This document shows, piece after piece, positions 11,543 through 20,938 of a stretch of DNA of 64,000 bases. The number at the start of each line of letters is the position of its first letter. Position 1 is the stretch's first letter. The position numbers and the translations under genes are program-made. The notes below the pieces were generated by a model. That model did not search any database and had not been told where the DNA came from. It saw only the letters and a list, made by a program, of their open reading frames with translations. This DNA comes from an uncultured Solirubrobacteraceae bacterium (GTDB lineage: Bacteria; Actinomycetota; Thermoleophilia; Solirubrobacterales; Solirubrobacteraceae): contig CAWFFY010000003.1 of NCBI GenBank assembly GCA_963815235.1, forward strand, positions 1,161,478-1,225,477. Direction: 5' to 3'.

Positions 11543-11971
11543 CGCTCGAGCCCGTCCTGCGGAAGCGGCTCCCACGGTGCGGCCGAGTCCACGAACTGCC
11601 GGAACTGCGGGCGGATGCCCGGATCGCGGTCGAGTGTCCCAGCCGCACGGCAACCTGCTGATCGGCTGAGCGGGTCGCCGCTGAACAGCGCCGAGCCGCA
11701 GGTCTCGCAGAACAGCTTGGGCACGCCGCTCTGGCGGCTGGAAGGAGCGCAGCTGCTCCTGGCCCTGCAGCAGGCGAAAGCCGGCCTGCGGTACGCGGCC
11801 GTTGGCCGAGGAGCCGGTGCCGGTGCGCCGCTGGCAGTGCGTGCAGTGGCAGTAGCCGGCGAGCAGGAACGGAGCGGTGATCTCAAAGCGCACCGCGCCG
11901 CACAGGCAGCCGCCTTGCAGAGGCTCCTCGGGCGAGGGCGGGCTGGCGGATCTCGTGAGTCGGTGGGCCAT
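11518..11971 (-). CDS. GFA/CENP-V family Zn-binding protein, frameshifted
   Basis: GGCLCGAVRF, CHCTHCQRRTG and FCETCGS motifs. Confidence 0.9.
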
Positions 11972-12130
11972 CGGCAGTCACGCCGATGCTAGGGCGAGCG
12001 CCGTGCGTTCGGTCGTTCGGCGCGTGAGCGGCCGGTACGCGGCGAGGATCGATAGGATGCGGCCAAGCATGACCGGCGCATCACAGGCCCACCCGCGGAC
12101 GGCCCTCGCGAGCACCCACCGGAGGATCGG

Positions 12131-13003
12131 ATGACTCACTACCCAGGCTGGGGCTCGTGGAGCTTTCAGCCGGTTGTGATCATCGCGCTGGTGGCCGCCG
12201 CCGTGGCGTACTCGCGCGTGTACCGCCGCGCGCCGTGCGCGCTCGTCGACCTCGGCGCCGAACGCCGGGCACTGGGTGCCCTACGCGGCTGGCCTGCTCA
12301 CGATCGCGGTGGCGCTGCTGTCGCCGCTTGACCCGATCGGCGATCGCTACCTGCTCTCGGCGCACATGATGCAGCACGTGCTGCTGTCGGACATCGCGCC
12401 GGCGCTGCTGGTCCTGGGACTGCGCGCGCCGATCCTGCCGCTGGGCCTCTCGCGCGAGGCACTGCTGCGCGGTCGCGCCGAACGGCGGTAGATCCGGTCG
12501 TGTGCTCGCGCGCCTGACCTCGCCGTGGCTGGCGGTTCCGCTGTGGGCGCTCGCCACATGGATCTGGGCGATCCCAAGCGTGTTCGACTACGCCTGCCCA
12601 GCACCAGCTGGTGCACGCGCTCGAGCACGCCACGCTCTTCTACACGGGCCTGGCGATGTGGTGGCTGATCATCGACCCGCTGCCCCGCGCACGGCTGCGT
12701 CCCAACGGCCAGCGGCTCGCGCTGCTCGGCTTCACGCGGCTGGCCAGCGCCTGCGTGTGCCTGCCGCTGACGTGGCTCTCGACCACGCAGTACTCGCTCT
12801 ACGCCAGCGCGCCCCGTGCCTACGGCCTGTCGGCGATCAACGACCAGCACCTGGCCGGCGCGAGCATGTGCTTCATCGAGGCGCTCGTCTTCGGCATCGC
12901 CTTCGCCGCCGTCTTCATCAGCATCCTCGGTCGCGCCGACTCGCGTATGACGCTCGGCGAATACGCCGCGGCCGGCTCGCGTGGCGAGCACATGACGACC
13001 TGA
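12131..13003 (+). CDS. ctaG: Cytochrome c oxidase assembly protein (Caa3 CtaG family), frameshifted
   Basis: SPLDPIGDRYLLSAHMMQHVLL, LEHATLFYTG and DQHLAGA motifs. Confidence 0.85.
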
Positions 13004-13049
13004 GCCTGAGCGAGCAGTTGACGACCTGGGCGAGCACCTGAACAGCTGA

Positions 13050-13080
13050 GGTCCGCGCACGCACCGAGCGCGCGCGGACC
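13050..13080. terminator. Hairpin between convergent ctaG and peptidase genes
   Basis: GGTCCGCGC ... GCGCGGACC inverted repeat. Confidence 0.6.
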
Positions 13081-13087
13081 CCGACCG

Positions 13088-13840
13088 CTAAGCGTGCAAC
13101 CAGGTGTCCGAGAAGCCGCCGAGGTGCAGCGCAGACGGTTCGGCCTTGATCACCCCGAGCGAGCTGACCATCGTCACCGGTTCGAGCCCGGGCGTCAGCG
13201 CCGTGACCGTCGAGCCGTTCACGCTGAAGCTGCTGAAGCTGCTGGTCCCGAAGTCCGACAGCGGCAGCTCACCGAGGATGACCGATGACGGAGCCTCGGC
13301 GATCGCCTCCGCGGAGGCGAGCTTCGGTGTGCGGATCCACGCGTCGACTGTGTGCGTCCAGCCCTGGGTGCTGTCGCTCAGTACGAGGCTGAACTGCGAG
13401 ATCAGCCCGAACAGCGCCTTGCCGAGGTACGTAACCGACGCGCTCAGCTGGTCCCCGGCGAGCACCGGCTCGGCGATCCGGACAGATCCTCTGGGATACA
13501 TCTCGTACCAGGCGCCGTACGTCGCTTTCCCCGCTGCGCAGTCCCCTTCGGTACCAGTCTGCTCGACCGTTTCGCTTGCGGCGCCGTCGATCCCGGTCCA
13601 GAACGCCGCGTAGCCGTTGCGCGTCTTCGCGCAGTTGACGGCGGGCTGGGTCCAGCTGGCGGAGACGCTTTCATACGGGCCCGCGCCGATGAGGTCGTAT
13701 CCGGACCAGTTTTGGCTGGTGCCGTGCGTGAGCCTGAGGTCCAGCCCGTGATTGGCACCTGCCGCCAGCGCTGATGCAGGCGCGCACAGCGCACCGACGG
13801 CGAGCGCACACACCGCGCCCCGTAGAACATTCTTGTTCAT
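13088..13840 (-). CDS. Secreted glutamic peptidase, family G1 (eqolisin/peptidase A4)
   Basis: Signal peptide; SQNWSGY, FWTGIDG, VEQTGT (catalytic Gln), AWYEMYP, SAEAIAEAP (catalytic Glu). Confidence 0.9.
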   Translation of the reverse strand: MNKNVLRGAVCALAVGALCAPASALAAGANHGLDLRLTHGTSQNWSGYDLIGAGPYESVSASWTQPAVNCAKTRNGYAAFWTGIDGAASETVEQTGTEGDCAAGKATYGAWYEMYPRGSVRIAEPVLAGDQLSASVTYLGKALFGLISQFSLVLSDSTQGWTHTVDAWIRTPKLASAEAIAEAPSSVILGELPLSDFGTSSFSSFSVNGSTVTALTPGLEPVTMVSSLGVIKAEPSALHLGGFSDTWLHA

Positions 13841-13947
13841 CAGTCCAACCCCCCGGCTCGGCGCGGATCCCGTTGATCCGTCAACGCCTGGATCGTAAAG
13901 GGTGGCGGACGCGTACGTCTGGCCGCCCGACGCATAGGATTTCCGTC

Positions 13948-14583
13948 GTGAGGTGGCTCGCGAAGGCCGGTCTTTGTCTGCCGGTGATCGTGTGCCTGCT
14001 CACCTCGGCCTGCGGCGCCTCCCAGCGGGCCGACCGCGCGCTGACCTCGGATTTGCCCACCGAATCGGTGCAGTTCCTGCCCGGCGGTAGGGACAAGATC
14101 GCGCGCGGTGACGTCCGTGGTGCGGCTGGCTTCTCGCTTCTCGCGGAGCGCTACCGGTTCCAGCATCGGACGTACTTCAATCTCGCTGTCAACGTGAGCG
14201 AGATCGGCGGTGGCTCGCAGGGAACCAACTTCACGCCGGAACCGTCAAAGCCGCTTGCGTGGAGCACCGAGCAGGGATGCTCGCCGTCGGCGACGATGTG
14301 GACGGTCGTCTTCGGCGTCCTTGCCGATCCCCGTGATCGCGCCTACGCCTACACCACCCACGGCCGCTACCGACTGCAAACCGCCACGATCCCTCCGCGC
14401 TTCGGCGCCACGGGTGTCGCGGCCTACGTGGGCCTCCCGGAACAGCCGAGCCGGATCCTCGTCACGACGCCGACCGGCGCCGCGCTGATGCAGGAACAGC
14501 TTCAACCCGCCCCGCACGAACGCTGTCAGCCAGGCTCGTCGATCATCGTCCTTCGCAAGCACACCTCCGGCAAGACCGGCTGA
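13948..14583 (+). CDS. Hypothetical lipoprotein
   Basis: TAGGAT -10-like hexamer then GTG; lipobox-like LTSAC. Confidence 0.55.
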   Translation: MRWLAKAGLCLPVIVCLLTSACGASQRADRALTSDLPTESVQFLPGGRDKIARGDVRGAAGFSLLAERYRFQHRTYFNLAVNVSEIGGGSQGTNFTPEPSKPLAWSTEQGCSPSATMWTVVFGVLADPRDRAYAYTTHGRYRLQTATIPPRFGATGVAAYVGLPEQPSRILVTTPTGAALMQEQLQPAPHERCQPGSSIIVLRKHTSGKTG

Positions 14584-14710
14584 TCGCGGCGCCCCTGACC
14601 CGCGAGGGCCAAGCAGGTCAAGGACGCACACCTCCGCGGCACAGGCATTTCGCGTGGCGTGCTGCGCACGCGAGCGATCGAGGACGCAGCGATGCGCCGG
14701 CCATCGCCCG

Positions 14711-17700
14711 TCAGCCGCAGCCGGTGTTGTTGCCGCAGCGATGAGCACGTGTAGCAGGAGCCCGTGCGCTGCATCATGCCTCCGCACTGGCTGCACGCGG
14801 GCCCGAGGTCGAGGCCCTGCAGGCGCGCCGGGACGACCGGCGGGGAGTCCGTGCAGGACGCGGCGGCGGGGGTGCCGTGGCCGCGCCGCCGTTGACGCCT
14901 GCGGGCGGCGCGCTCGCGGGTGCCGCCGTTGCCGCGTCCCGTCCTGGCAGCCGTCTGCTGCTCGGCGGCCGGGCTGGCGGTGTCGGAGGCGATCATCGCC
15001 TGCGCGGTCTCCTGCGCGGCTTTGCGCGCGCGCACCGCCGGCGTGAGGATGCCGAGCTCCTCCTGGGCGTCCACGTCGAGGAAGCGCGAGGCCAGCCAGC
15101 GCATGATGTAGTCGGGCATCGACTTCGCGAACGGGATCTCCGGGTTGCCGGTGATTCCCTCGGGCTCGAAGCGCATGTAGCTGAACTTCGCACGAGCGTC
15201 TCCAGCGGCACGCCGTACTGCAGCGCGATCGAGATCGCCGTGGCGAACGAGTTCATCATCCCGCGCAGCGTCGAGCCCTCCTTGCCGATGTCGGTGAGGA
15301 AGATCTCCCCGACCGAGCCGTCCTCGTACATGCCCGCGGTGATGTAGCCCTCGTGGCCGCGCGATCGAGAACTTGTGCGTGATCGACTGGCGCTCGACGC
15401 GGCATCCGCTTGCGCCGCGGGCCGGCCTCGGCGAGCGCCTTGCTGACGGCCTGCTCCACGATCGCGTCGACGTCCGCGGGCTCCTTGCACGCCCTGCTGC
15501 GCGTCGGTGCGCAGCGCCTGTGCGGTCTTCGAGCCGTCGCGGTAGATCGCAAGCGCCTTGACTCCCGAGGCGCCAGGCCTGCGTGTAGGCGTCGGCGATG
15601 TCCTCCACGGTCGACTCCTGGGGCATGTTCACGGTCTTCGAGATCGCGCCGGAGATGAACGGCTGCACCGCGCCCATCATCTTGATGTGGCCCATGTGCG
15701 AGATCGCGCGCTCGCCGACCGCCACGTCGAACACCGGCAGGTGCTCCTCGCGCAGGCCGGGCGCGCCGATGATCGTGCCGTGCTCGGCGAGGTGCGCCTC
15801 GATCTGCTCGACCTGCTGCTCGGAGTAGCCGAGCGTCTGCAGCGCCAGCGGCACGGTTCTGTTGACGATCGTCATCTGCCCGCCGCCGACGAGCTCCTTG
15901 AACTTGACCAGCGAGAAGTCCGGCTCCACGCCGGTCGTGTCGCAGTCCATCAGGAACGAGATCGTGCCCGTGGGCGCGAGCACCGTGGCCTGCGCGTTGC
16001 GGTAGCCGTAGCGCTCGCCCAGCTCCACGGCCTCATCCCACGAGCGCCGCGCCGCGGCGAGCAGCTCGCGTGTCCACGCAGGCCGCGTCGGGGATCGCGT
16101 AGGAGGCGTCGCGGTGCATGCGCATCACGTTGTTGTGCGGCTCGCGGTTCTCCGCGTAGTGCTCGTAGGGCCGAGCGCGGCCGCGACCTCCGCCGAGCGC
16201 CGGTAGGCGCGGCCGGTCATCAGCGCGGTGATCGCCGCCGCCGTGCCGCGCCCGGCGTCGGAGTCGTAGGGCATGCCGTTGCTCATCAGGTACGCGCCGA
16301 GGTTGGCGTAGCCGAGGCCGAGCTGGCGGAAGGCGCGTGCGTTGGCGCCGATCTCCTCGGTCGGGTAGCTGGAGGGCCCGACGATGATCTCCTGCGCGAG
16401 CAGCATGATGTCGACGGCGTGCTCGAAGGACTCCACGTCGAGCGTGCCGTCGGCGCGGCGGAACTTCATCAGGTTCAGCGAGGCGAGGTTGCAGGCGGAG
16501 TCATCGACGTGCATGTACTCCGAGCACGGGTTAGACGCGTTGATCCGCCCGCTGTTGGGCAGGTGTGCCAGCGGTTGATCGTCGTGTCGTACTGCACGCC
16601 CGGGTCCGCGCAGCGCCACGCCGCCTCGGCGATCTCGCGCATCAGCTCGCGCGCCGGGATCGGCTCGCCGACCGGCTCGCCGGTGGTGCGGGCGGTCAGC
16701 CGCCACTCGCGGTCCTCCTCGACGGCGCGCATGAACTCGTCGGTCACGCGCACCGAGTTGTTGGCGTTCTGGTACTGGATCGACTTGAAGCCGTCGCCGT
16801 CGATCGACATGTCAAAGCCCGCGTCGCGCAGCGCCTGCCGCCTTGTCCTCCTCCTTGGCCTTGCACCAGATGAACTCGCGGATGTCGGGGTGGTCGACGT
16901 CGAGCACGACCATCTTGGCCGCGCGGCGGGTCTTGCCGCCGGACTTGATCGTGCCCGGCCCACGAGTCGGCGCCGCGCATGAACGACACCGGGCCCGAGG
17001 CGGTGCCGCCCTTGGCCAGCGGCTCCATCGAGCCGCGGATGTTCGACAGGTTGATGCCCGAGCCCGAGCCGCCGCGGAAGATCATCCCCTCCTTGGTGTT
17101 CCAGTCGAGGATCGACTCCATCGTGTCCTGCACGGTGAGGATGAAGCAGTTGTGGACGGCGACGTTGTTGGTGAGGAACTCGCCGGACTCGGTCTGGATG
17201 TCGTAGACATCCATCTCGCCGAGCGCTCGATCGCGACGATCTCCTCCTCGCGCAGGTCGGGGCAGCGCTTGGGGTTGCGCAGCGACAGCGAGCGAGCAGC
17301 TTGTCCTGCTTCTCGCGTCCGACGAAGCCGACCAGCTCGGCGAAGCGCGCGCGCTCGGAGCCAATGGAGATCGCGACCTCGTGCAGGTCGTGGCGATCGC
17401 TGCGCTTCTCGCGCTTGTGCAACGGCGGGAGTAGATCCCAAGCACGCCGAGCAGCAGCTGAACGTCCTCGGTCCAGCGCTCGCCGATAACGGCGAAGGCG
17501 ACGCGCGCGTTCTCGTAGCCGCTCGTCGCGGCGAACGGATACATAGCCGTCGGCCTGGAAGATGCTGCGCAGGTAGGCCGCGATCTCGTCGTGCGAGGCG
17601 GTGAACAGTCGCGCCGGCACACGCATCTCGGTGCCGCGCGCGAGCAGGCCCCAGCGCTCGACGAACTCGCGCAGCACCTCGCCGTAGAGGCGGATGCGCC

Positions 17701-18753
17701 GTACGCGCATCTCTTTGGTGTCGGCCTCGCGAACCTTGCGGTGCACGTCGGGGAACGCGACGTCGAGGTTCTCGCGTGACCCAGTCGAACTCGTCATCGC
17801 TGGCGACCTGGAACTCGATCGTCAGCGAGCGGTTGGTGCCGTCGCGTACTGGCCGACGAAGCCATCCGCCTGCAGCCAGCCGGCGAGCGCCGCCTCGGCG
17901 ACCGCGACGCGGTCGACTCTCGTCGAGCATCTCAACGCCGACATCGCCGCCGCCACGCACCTACTGACCGCCACGCGACCGGATCGGCGACCTTGGCGCG
18001 GTGGGGGTGCAGGTGCATCCGCATCCCCGGCTCGAGCTGGTCGACGCGCAGCCACTCGCGGCTGCGTGCGGCGCTCGGCGACGGCCTTCACGACGTGGTC
18101 GGCAGTGGCTTCGACGAAGCTGCCGTTGCGCAGCGCACCCGCCAGACCGGCTTGCGGCCGTTGTCCTTGACGCGCGACGATCGCGTGGTTCCGCTCGAGT
18201 CATAGACCTCGCGCCCACCTGCTCGTTCTCGACGAGCTCGCCGATCGGGACCATCCCTGCGGGGGTCGATACCAGCGCGTGGTGGGGCAGGCACGCCGAG
18301 CACTGCGGGCACTCCTCGAAGCCGACGTTGAACCACACCGGCGAGTTGAACGCCGCCAGCTGGTGCAGCAGGATGTGCGTGAGCTCGTGCGTCGAACGCC
18401 TCGCGTCCTGCTTCGCTCTGCGAAGTAGCCGCCTGCGCGGCCCCAGCCGGTGATCGTGCCGGCGACGCGGCCGATCATCTGCTTGACCGAGCTCTCGCGC
18501 TCGGGCGAGCCGAGCTGCCCGCGGAAGTACTTCTGGGCGACGATGTTGGTCGCGTTCTGCGACCAGCTCTTGGGGAACTCGACGTCCTGCTGCTCGAACG
18601 CGACGCGGTCGCCGTGGCCGATGCGCGCGTCGCGCAGCTCCCACTCGACGGTGTCGAACGGGTGCATGCCGGGCTCGTGAAGATACGTTTGATCGACAGC
18701 GCCGTGCCGGCCTGGACGTCTTCGACTGCTGAGCTCTGCGGGGCGCCATCCAT
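14711..18753 (-). CDS. nrdJ: Adenosylcobalamin-dependent (class II) ribonucleotide reductase with TSCPD domain and Zn ribbon; intein-containing; frameshifted
   Basis: [14 protein letters not shown]|[38 protein letters not shown] and C-terminal CSQCG...CYTC motifs. Confidence 0.93.
17149..18293 (-). mobile_element. Intein with LAGLIDADG homing endonuclease in nrdJ
   Basis: Starts [13 protein letters not shown], ends [20 protein letters not shown] followed by Cys; internal [10 protein letters not shown] and [10 protein letters not shown] motifs; removal restores QCSACFIL. Confidence 0.93.
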
Positions 18754-19001
18754 CTCACTGTTCTCCTCGTCTCAGCCGCGCGAAACCCCCATTTTGCGGC
18801 GCGTACACAGGTGTTTTTGGGGGTAACAGAGGATGATCCGCCTCAGGTCGGACGGACCTTTTCCGGCCCGTCAAGAGACGTGAATCACTCCCTACAGGAT
18901 AGCGGCGAGAGGCCTCCGAACCCGTCCGCGGACGCTCCTAAACAGCGGGTTCGAAGCCATCGATACGTCCGCTCGAGGGTCGCCGCGAGCACCCGCGAGC
19001 G

Positions 19002-19263
19002 TCAGTGCCCGAGCCGCGCCCAGTCGCTGAATTCGTCCCACGTCGCCGATGCGCGGAAGGCCGCCTCGGCCAGCGAGTGGCGCAACGACAGCGTCCAGCG
19101 CGGCTCGAACGCGAAGATCCGCGCAATCGCCCACATGAGGCACAGCAGCACGGCGAGCGCGGCAACCACGACGGCGACGAGCGCGCCGCTGGACAGGCCG
19201 CCGGCGTGGGCGACGTGCTGGGCTTGCGCAGTGACGACAACGACTGCGGACATTGCGTGCCAA
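19002..19263 (-). CDS. Small hypothetical membrane protein
   Basis: One TM helix, C-terminal ATWDEFSDWARLG; directly downstream of tmk; start uncertain. Confidence 0.55.
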
Positions 19264-19265
19264 TG

Positions 19266-19909
19266 CTAGTCGCGGGCGCCGTCGTCGAGTCGCAGATCCG
19301 CGAGCGCCGCGAGCGCGTCGCGCAGCACGTCCTCGGGCGGCTGCGCGGCGTCGATCACGCGGATCCGCTCTGGCTCCGCGCGCGCGAGCTGCGTCATAGG
19401 CGGAGGCGATCGCAGCGAAGAAGTCCTCGTCCTCGCGCTCGAGCCGGTCGGGCTCCTGCGCGCGCTCGCTGCTGGCGCGCGCGTCCCGCCGCGGGGGCGA
19501 TGCGCAGCAGCAGCGTGCGGTCGGCGACCAGCCCGCCCGTGGCGAACAGGTTGATCGCGCGCACCTGCTCCACGCCCAGCGAGCGCCCCGCGCCCTGGTA
19601 GGCGAGCGAGGAGTCCACGAAGCGGTCCAGCAGCACGATCGCGCCGTCGCCCAGCAACGGGCGCAGGCGCTCCTCGACGAGCTGCGCTCGTGCTGCCGCG
19701 TACAGCAGCGCCTCGGTGCGCGGCAGCACGTTCAGCGCCGGGTCCTTGACGAGCGCGCGGATCCGCTCGGAGACCTCGACGCCGCCGGGCTCGCGCAGCA
19801 GCTCGACGCGCCCGCCGCCGCCCGCCAGCTCTGTCGCCAGCGCCAACGCGAGCGTCGACTTGCCGGCGCCGTCGAGCCCCTCGATCGTGATCAGCGTGCC
19901 GCGGGCCAC
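19266..19909 (-). CDS. tmk: Thymidylate kinase, frameshifted near C-terminus
   Basis: ITIEGLDGAGKST, LREPGG, LLDRFVDSSLAYQG and IRVIDAAQP motifs. Confidence 0.95.
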
Positions 19910-19969
19910 GCGGGCACCGTATACCGGCGGCGCCCGCTGCGAAGGTCGCGCTGCGGGGCCCGTCTCGGT

Positions 19970-20185
19970 CTAGCGCGTGTAGATCGCGGGGCGGTACCGC
20001 GGCTCGGGCACTGGACGCCCATCCTCTCGTGCGGCGGCCAGCCACGCCCCCTGGGCGAACCCAACCTCCGCAAGGGCCTCCTCGGCAGTCGCACCGAACG
20101 CCGAACATGCCTCCAAGTCTGGAATGTCAGCGACATACGCCGCATCCTCATCGCTGTAGAAGACGTTGATGTGATAGTCGCTCAT
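19970..20185 (-). CDS. hicB: HicB-family antitoxin (short form)
   Basis: MSDYHINVFYSDEDAAYVADIPDLEACSAFGATAEEAL...WLAAAREDGRPVPEP; ATGA overlap with the upstream ORF. Confidence 0.9.
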   Translation of the reverse strand: MSDYHINVFYSDEDAAYVADIPDLEACSAFGATAEEALAEVGFAQGAWLAAAREDGRPVPEPRYRPAIYTR

Positions 20186-20331
20186 CGCTGCCCTCTCACC
20201 TCCAGATCGTAGCGCTCGACCAGTCGTCGTAGCTCGAAGCCCAGCGCTTCGGCGAGGCGCCGCAGGTCGGCAAAGGCGACGTTGGTCACTACGCCGCGTG
20301 CCATACGCATGAGCAGCTTGCGCTCGTCCAT
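20182..20331 (-). pseudogene. hicA: HicA-family toxin with in-frame internal deletion (49 aa)
   Basis: MDERKLLMRMARGVVTNVAFADLRRLAEALGFELR|RLVERYDLEVRGQR keeps both HicA ends but lacks the GSH-containing core. Confidence 0.75.
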
Positions 20332-20382
20332 GCGCCGACCGTAGCCTCGACTTGGGATGGGACGCGGGCACCGTCCTACCAG

Positions 20383-20823
20383 TCAGTCGCCTTGGTACTC
20401 GACGTCCGCCGCGGAGATCGGCTCGCCACAGCTCTCGCACACGACGACCGGAGTCAGCTCCGCGCCGCAGGTCCGGTGGCGAATGCGGAGCTTGGGCGTC
20501 TCCGGGTCCAGGAGATGCCGGTCGGCCCAGGTCTTGATCGTGACTATCGCCGGGAACAGGTCAAGACCGGCGCCAGTGAGCTGATACTCGTACCAGTCTG
20601 GATCGGTGCGGTACCGGACGCGCTCGAGCAGCCCGTGCTCGACCAGCGCTGACAGTCGACTCGCGAGCACGTTGCGCCCGATACCGAGGTTGCGCTGGAA
20701 GTAGCCGTATCGGCGCACGCCGAAGAACGCCTCGCGCAGCACCAGGAAGGTCCAACGATCACCGAGCACATCGAGGGCGCGCTTTACAGCATCCGGCTCG
20801 GGGCGTGTGTTCGTCTGGTTCAT
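20383..20823 (-). CDS. HxlR-family winged-helix transcriptional regulator
   Basis: ALDVLGDRWTFLVLREAFFGVRRY, EYQLTGAG, C-terminal HRTCG...CESCG. Confidence 0.92.
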   Translation of the reverse strand: MNQTNTRPEPDAVKRALDVLGDRWTFLVLREAFFGVRRYGYFQRNLGIGRNVLASRLSALVEHGLLERVRYRTDPDWYEYQLTGAGLDLFPAIVTIKTWADRHLLDPETPKLRIRHRTCGAELTPVVVCESCGEPISAADVEYQGD

Positions 20824-20826
20824 CGG

Positions 20827-20876
20827 GCGAAACTAGTTCGCACGCCCTTGGTGGATCGCTATGCGAACTAGTTCGC
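20827..20876. promoter_or_regulatory. Twin palindromic operators (GCGAAACTAGTTCGC and GCGAACTAGTTCGC)
   Basis: Near-perfect palindrome at 20827-20841 and perfect palindrome at 20863-20876 in a divergent intergenic region. Confidence 0.7.
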
Positions 20877-20938
20877 CAACGGTACCATCCGCGGAAGTAG
20901 GGCTCAGCCACCGCTCGTTTTGCCACAAGGAGGAAGAC

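Larger units (their letters stand above)
19908..20374. repeat. 13-bp direct repeat ACGCGGGCACCGT (19908-19920 and 20362-20374) flanking hicAB
   Basis: Exact match read from the sequence. Confidence 0.75.

Noticed and set aside
18784-18824. NrdR boxes or a cobalamin riboswitch upstream of nrdJ
   Set aside because: Only one partial NrdR-like 16-mer and an ACCCCCA/TGGGGGT inverted repeat without the usual tandem spacing; no B12-box recognised
3388-19500. Mass pseudogenisation or programmed frameshifting
   Set aside because: Indels hit essential tmk, are numerous and sometimes compensating, motifs are intact and no slippery sites are evident; sequencing error is more parsimonious
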